From assembly GCA_001871815.1 (NCBI GenBank), contig MNVP01000077.1, positions 439 through 44,448 of the forward strand: a stretch of 44,010 nt of DNA, written 5' to 3'. Below are positions 39,817 through 44,010 of the stretch, one piece after another (positions within the stretch are counted from its first letter, which is position 1; each line of letters begins with the position of its first letter). The DNA comes from Candidatus Omnitrophica bacterium CG1_02_40_15. Its GTDB lineage: Bacteria; Omnitrophota; Gorgyraeia; Gorgyraeales; Gorgyraeaceae. Both the position numbers and the translations under genes were made by a program. The notes below the pieces were generated by a model that was given only the letters and a program-made list of their open reading frames with translations, ran no database searches and was not told the DNA's origin.

Positions 39817-41858
39817 GACGGGTCCACATCCACTGTTATAATAATCCCTGAGCTTTTATTTTTATTCAGCGCTTTCTTCAAAATAGAAGTAATAGCCTCT
39901 GATGTTTCTGACCTTAAAAATATGCTCCACCTGTACATGCCTTTCATCTTTGAAATCGGAGCAGGCGCAGGCCCTAGGATTTCTATATTTTTAGCTTTAC
40001 TTTCTTTTTCAAGGTTATTTTTTAAATTATCGCTTGCCTTAAAAACCCTTTCTTCCTTCCTGCCTCTGAGGGTCAAGCTGACCATATGACAGAATGGCGG
40101 AAGATATAACTCTTTTCGGAGCGATATTTCCTTGTCGTAAAACGTATTGTAATCATGTGTCTTTGCAGCCTGGATTGAATAATGCTGAGGCGTATAGCTT
40201 TGCATTATAACTCTTCCTCCCAGATCGCTCCTTCCAGCGCGGCCCGCGACTTGCGTCAATAAATTAAATGTGCGCTCAGCTGACCTGAAATCAGGAAGAT
40301 TTAAAGCTGTGTCAGCCGATATAACTCCGACAAGCGTAACCTTTGGAAAATCCAGGCCTTTGGCTATCATCTGAGTGCCTATTAGAATATCTAGATGAGC
40401 GTCTTTAAACTTTGAAAGTATCTTATTGTGCGCGCCGCGCTTATGGGTAGCATCAGTATCCATGCGCGCTATAGAAGCTTGCGGGAAAAGCCTGTGGGCT
40501 TCGCTTTCAACCTTTTCTGTGCCAAGGCCCCAATATTTCAAATAGCTAGCGTTACATTCAGGACAGATTTCAGGAGGAGCCATATTAAAATTACAATGGT
40601 GGCACACAAGTTTTTTCTTATCAAAATGATATGTAAGAGTGACGCTGCAGCGTTTGCATTTAATGACATAACCGCAACGCCTACAATTTATAAATGTTGA
40701 AAAACCGCGCCTGTTTAAAAAAAGTATGACCTGTTTTTTTTCAGCTATATCCTTTTCTATCCATTCTCTTAGTTTCTGTGAAAATATAGGGATCTTTTTG
40801 GCTCTTGTCATCTCCTCCCGCATATCTACTATATCTACTGCCGGTAAAAGCCTGGAATCTACCCTTTCAGGGAGTTCTATAAGAATATATTTTCCATTTT
40901 TAGCTGCATAAAAAGATTCTAATGACGGAGTAGCGCTTCCTAGTATTACAATAGCCTTTGAAAGCTCTGCTCTTTTTATTGCCACGTCCCTTGCATTATA
41001 CCTGGGCACATCCTCCTGCTTATAAGATGCCTCGTGTTCCTCGTCTACAACTATCAGCCCTAAATTTTTAAGAGGCGCAAATACAGCTGAGCGCGCGCCT
41101 ATAACGATCTGTGCCGCGCCTGAATTTATCCTACGCCATTCAGAGATACGTTTTGACCCAAGAAGCCTTGAATGCAGCACTGCTATTTTATCCCCGAATC
41201 TTGCTTTGAAACGCGCTACGGTCTGCGGCGTAAGCGAAATCTCAGGGACAAGTATTATGCTGGAAAGCCCGAGCTCTAAGGCGCGGGCTATTGATTGAAG
41301 ATAAACCTCTGTTTTTCCGCTTCCTGTTACGCCATGTAGAAGAAAAACCCTGTGAATCCTGGCATTTATTGAATCCATTATGCAATCGAGCGCAAGCTTT
41401 TGTTTTTCGTTAGGCGTAAGATGTTTATCAGAGCCATCTATAAATTCAAACTCCTTTTCTTCTTCATCGCGCTTTTCTTTTCTTTGTCCCGCTCTTTCTT
41501 TGGAAAGGGCGGGGCTTTGTCTTTTCCCAGAAGCGCCTTTTTTAAGAACGCCGGGAATAGCTGCTGAGATCGCCTCTCCCCAAGAAGAATAATAATACGT
41601 TGAAATCCATTTTGTAAGCTCCAGCATCTTGGAATCTACGCACAGGGTTTTATCAACAATACTATTTATAGGCTTAATTTTTTCTATGCCACATTTATCA
41701 GAAAGCCCCACCACATAACCCGTAACTACCTTGTTTCCAAAAGGCGCCTCTACTATACTCCCTATCTTAATATCTTCTTTGAGAGATTCCGGGATAGAAT
41801 ATGTAAAAGGCCTTTCTATTGGCCGGTTAATAACTATATCTGCGAATTTATATACCAT
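39813..41858 (-). CDS. priA: Primosomal protein N' (replication restart helicase PriA)
   Basis: 681 aa. Walker A HGVTGSGKTEVY, DEEH box VVDEEHE, Cys-rich zinc region CRRCGYVIKCKRCSVTLTYH...CHHCNF...CPEC. Confidence 0.95.
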   Translation of the reverse strand: MVYKFADIVINRPIERPFTYSIPESLKEDIKIGSIVEAPFGNKVVTGYVVGLSDKCGIEKIKPINSIVDKTLCVDSKMLELTKWISTYYYSSWGEAISAAIPGVLKKGASGKRQSPALSKERAGQRKEKRDEEEKEFEFIDGSDKHLTPNEKQKLALDCIMDSINARIHRVFLLHGVTGSGKTEVYLQSIARALELGLSSIILVPEISLTPQTVARFKARFGDKIAVLHSRLLGSKRISEWRRINSGAAQIVIGARSAVFAPLKNLGLIVVDEEHEASYKQEDVPRYNARDVAIKRAELSKAIVILGSATPSLESFYAAKNGKYILIELPERVDSRLLPAVDIVDMREEMTRAKKIPIFSQKLREWIEKDIAEKKQVILFLNRRGFSTFINCRRCGYVIKCKRCSVTLTYHFDKKKLVCHHCNFNMAPPEICPECNASYLKYWGLGTEKVESEAHRLFPQASIARMDTDATHKRGAHNKILSKFKDAHLDILIGTQMIAKGLDFPKVTLVGVISADTALNLPDFRSAERTFNLLTQVAGRAGRSDLGGRVIMQSYTPQHYSIQAAKTHDYNTFYDKEISLRKELYLPPFCHMVSLTLRGRKEERVFKASDNLKNNLEKESKAKNIEILGPAPAPISKMKGMYRWSIFLRSETSEAITSILKKALNKNKSSGIIITVDVDPS

Positions 41859-41866
41859 GATATTTT

Positions 41867-41891
41867 GGGCGGCATAATATGCCGCCCCTAC
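41867..41891. repeat. Partial REP-like element (GGGCGGCAT-AATATGCCGCCC-CTAC)
   Basis: gggcggcataatatgccgcccctac: a palindromic core with the CTAC tail but no GTAG head. Adjacent to copy 12. Confidence 0.55.
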
Positions 41892-41898
41892 ATTATTT

Positions 41899-41926
41899 GT
41901 AGGGGCCGATTATTAATCGGCCCTAT
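41899..41926. repeat. REP-like palindrome, copy 12 (supplies the last codons and stop of udg)
   Basis: gtaggggccgattattaatcggccctat. On the minus strand, ATA TAT AGG GCC GAT TAA encodes ...IYRAD*. Confidence 0.75.
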
Positions 41927-42554
41927 ATATTTCCATTATCTTTTTCATGTCTTGCCACACCAACTTCTTATCCCCAGGATTACGCAGAAGATATGCGGGG
42001 TGATACGTAGGCATGAATTTTATTCCTCTATATTCGCGCCAGTTGCCTCTGAGCTTACTTATAGGCGCCTCTGTCCTGAGAAGGGCCTGGCTGGCAAATT
42101 TTCCAAGCCCGCATATTATCTTTGGCTTTATCATGTCTATCTGAGCGTAAAGATAATCTATGCATACAGAGATTTCTTCTGGCAATGGATTTCTATTTTG
42201 CGGCGGCCGGCATTTTAAAATATTACAAATATAAACATCGTCTCTTTTAATGCCCATTGCCTCTATTATTTTTGTGAGAAGCATACCGGCCTCTCCTACA
42301 AAAGGCATACCTTGTATATCTTCGTCACGGCCAGGCGCCTCTCCGACAAATACGAGCTTTGCGTTTATATTGCCTGAACCAAATACACTATTTGTCCGCA
42401 TCTTTCCCAACGGACATTTCTGGCAATTCGATACCTGGTTTTTAACCAAAGACAGCTGGACATCCTTTGGCTTGGATGAAAAAAGGTATTCGGATATACC
42501 GCTTTCCCTTTCCATCTCAAAATAGCTTCGTATGGATTTTAAGATATTCTGCAT
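41913..42554 (-). CDS. Uracil-DNA glycosylase, family 4 (Fe-S type)
   Basis: 213 aa. CQKCPL...VFGSGNINAKLVFVGEAPGRDED and ...HPAYLLRNP are family-4 UDG motifs. Confidence 0.9.
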   Translation of the reverse strand: MQNILKSIRSYFEMERESGISEYLFSSKPKDVQLSLVKNQVSNCQKCPLGKMRTNSVFGSGNINAKLVFVGEAPGRDEDIQGMPFVGEAGMLLTKIIEAMGIKRDDVYICNILKCRPPQNRNPLPEEISVCIDYLYAQIDMIKPKIICGLGKFASQALLRTEAPISKLRGNWREYRGIKFMPTYHPAYLLRNPGDKKLVWQDMKKIMEIYRAD

Positions 42555-42562
42555 ATTACTTC

Positions 42563-42583
42563 GTTCCGCGTAGTTCCGCGATT
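42563..42583. repeat. Solo arm of the CGCGGAA element (copy c)
   Basis: gttccgcgtagttccgcgatt, identical over 19 nt to the right arm of copy b. Sits 1 nt after the xerC/D TGA. Confidence 0.75.
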
Positions 42584-42584
42584 A

Positions 42585-43472
42585 TCATGGCCTTGGATGA
42601 TACTTCTGATGAATCGATTTTAACCTGTCTTTACTCACATGCGTATAGATCTGCGTTGTAGAAATATCAGCATGCCCGAGCATCTCCTGCACTATTCTCA
42701 GGTCAGCGCCTCTCTCAAGTATATGCGTTGCAAAAGAATGCCTTAAACTATGAGGTGTAACCTTTTTTTTAATCCTGGCTGCCTTTGTATATCTTTTTAT
42801 AATCTTCCAGAATGTCTGGCGCGACATAGGCTTAGATAACCTGGTTAAAAATAAATAATTTGAAATACTCCTTTTTAAAAATTGCGGCCTGGATTTTTCC
42901 AGATACCTCTCTAAACTTTCTTTTGCCTTTTTGCCAAAGGGCACTATTCTTTCCTTTGAGCCTTTTCCAAAGCATTTTGCAAAACCAACCCCCATATTAA
43001 TATCATCCATTTTAAGGTTTACAAGCTCTGAAACTCTCATCCCTGTAGCATAAATGAGCTCCATGCAAGCCTTATCTCTCATCTCCATAATATCCCTGAC
43101 ATTCGGGGCATTCAACAAAGCCTCAACCTCGTTCACGCTCAGGGTAAATGGAAGCCTTTTCCATAATTTAGGGGACTCTATAATAGTTACTGTATTTTCT
43201 TTGATTATATTTTCCTTTAAAAGAAATTTAAAAAAACTCTTTATACACGCAAGTTCTCTTGAAATAGAATTAGAACCAAGCCCTCTATCCTTTTCTACCA
43301 TCATAAATGAATTTACCATTTGCCTTTGGACTTTATCTATGGAATCTATCTTTTTTGATTTTAAATAATCAACGAATTTACAAAGATCCCTTTTATAGGA
43401 ACTGACCGTATTATTCGCCATTCCCCTTTCAACAGATATATAGCTTAGGAACTGTTCGATTAATTCTCTCAT
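42585..43472 (-). CDS. Tyrosine recombinase, XerC/XerD family
   Basis: 295 aa. ...ATGMRVSEL..., HSLRHSFATHILERGADLRIVQEMLGHADISTTQIYTHV has the R-H-R-Y catalytic pattern and Xer-like length. Confidence 0.88.
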   Translation of the reverse strand: MRELIEQFLSYISVERGMANNTVSSYKRDLCKFVDYLKSKKIDSIDKVQRQMVNSFMMVEKDRGLGSNSISRELACIKSFFKFLLKENIIKENTVTIIESPKLWKRLPFTLSVNEVEALLNAPNVRDIMEMRDKACMELIYATGMRVSELVNLKMDDINMGVGFAKCFGKGSKERIVPFGKKAKESLERYLEKSRPQFLKRSISNYLFLTRLSKPMSRQTFWKIIKRYTKAARIKKKVTPHSLRHSFATHILERGADLRIVQEMLGHADISTTQIYTHVSKDRLKSIHQKYHPRP

Positions 43473-44010
43473 ATAATAAATGGGTTATTTTGCTTCTCAT
43501 TTCCTATCGTTGAACTCGGCCCGTGTCCGGGATAAATAACGCAATCATCTCCCAGCGTGAATAATTTTTCTTTTATAGAGCTTGCTATATCTTCCTCTGA
43601 GCCATACGCAAAATCAGTCCTGCCTATACCCTGGCAAAAAAGTGTATCTCCCGTGAAAATAACCTCGGCAGCTTTCAAGCAAATAGAGCCTGGTGTATGC
43701 CCAGGGGTATGAATAACCTCAAGGCTATATTTACCTATATTTAGCATATCTCCATCTTCTAATAATCTGGAAGCAGTTTTTGTTTTAAGAAAAAATCCAA
43801 ATGCGCCTGACAGGTTTTTGGAAGGGTCTGTTAAAAAATCTGCATCTAAGCGATGTATCCATACAGGAATATTGAATTCCTTATTTGCTCCTATGTGATC
43901 TCCGTGGCCATGAGTATTGATAACAGCCTTTGGTTTCAAGCTATATTTATCTATAACGCTTTTTATAGATTTATAATCTCCGCCCGGGTCTATTATAAAA
44001 ATCTCTTTTG
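43469..44010 (-). CDS. MBL-fold metallo-hydrolase (glyoxalase II-like), 5' end outside window
   Basis: The reading frame stays open to the window edge (...KEIFIIDPGGDYKSIKSVIDKYSLKPKAVINTHGHGDHIGAN...HTPGHTPGS...). HxHxDH motif. ATGA overlap with the xer gene. Confidence 0.82.
   Translation of the reverse strand, partial: KEIFIIDPGGDYKSIKSVIDKYSLKPKAVINTHGHGDHIGANKEFNIPVWIHRLDADFLTDPSKNLSGAFGFFLKTKTASRLLEDGDMLNIGKYSLEVIHTPGHTPGSICLKAAEVIFTGDTLFCQGIGRTDFAYGSEEDIASSIKEKLFTLGDDCVIYPGHGPSSTIGNEKQNNPFII

Noticed and set aside
42585-43472. The tyrosine recombinase as a marker of an integrated mobile element or prophage.
   Set aside because: Its sequence and length are XerC/XerD-like. It sits among housekeeping genes (MBL hydrolase, udg, priA) with ATGA coupling. 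No att-like direct repeats, phage or cargo genes flank it.

Overview
Visibly AT-rich 44-kb chromosomal segment. It looks like an uncultivated diderm bacterium, because a porin with a C-terminal Phe is present. I cannot assign taxonomy from sequence alone. All protein genes but one run on the minus strand.

Gene order in transcription direction (high to low coordinates):
- MBL-fold hydrolase (5' end cut by the window), XerC/D-type recombinase, family-4 UDG, priA, and a TPR protein on the plus strand.
- def-fmt, two tandem GalT-like HIT transferases (one lacks the nucleophilic His), and gap.
- A RiPP-like cassette that the ORF track mostly misses: an HprK-like P-loop protein, a PqqD-like reading frame with an in-frame TGA, a frameshifted radical SAM/SPASM gene, and a 57-aa Cys-rich peptide with a perfect SD. 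It is followed directly by a sensor-less HisKA_3 kinase and a NarL-type regulator.
- An 11-kb glycogen locus with four GH57 paralogues, two glycogen-synthase-type GTs, CBM48, DUF4912 and DUF2934 proteins.
- IHF/HU, hisS, aspS (no GAD insertion), a LysM lipoprotein, a PgpH-like 7TM-HD protein, ybeY, a DgkA-PAP2 fusion, DUF502, recO, glyQS, ppdK, a sigma-70 factor and apt.
- tRNA-Arg(CCU) with a degenerate 5'-half duplicate, a PHP phosphoesterase, a lipoprotein and the porin.

Most intergenic spacers carry a repeat or hairpin:
1. 28-29-nt REP-like GTAGGG..CCCTAC palindromes. Twelve full copies; six sit in frame inside CDSs and three supply gene ends.
2. Hairpins whose arms are tandem heptamers.
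3. A CGCGGAA decamer-periodic long hairpin.
4. A TCGAG-core dispersed repeat.

No rRNA, CRISPR array, transposase or prophage genes were seen. All calls come from reading motifs by eye; no database search was possible.
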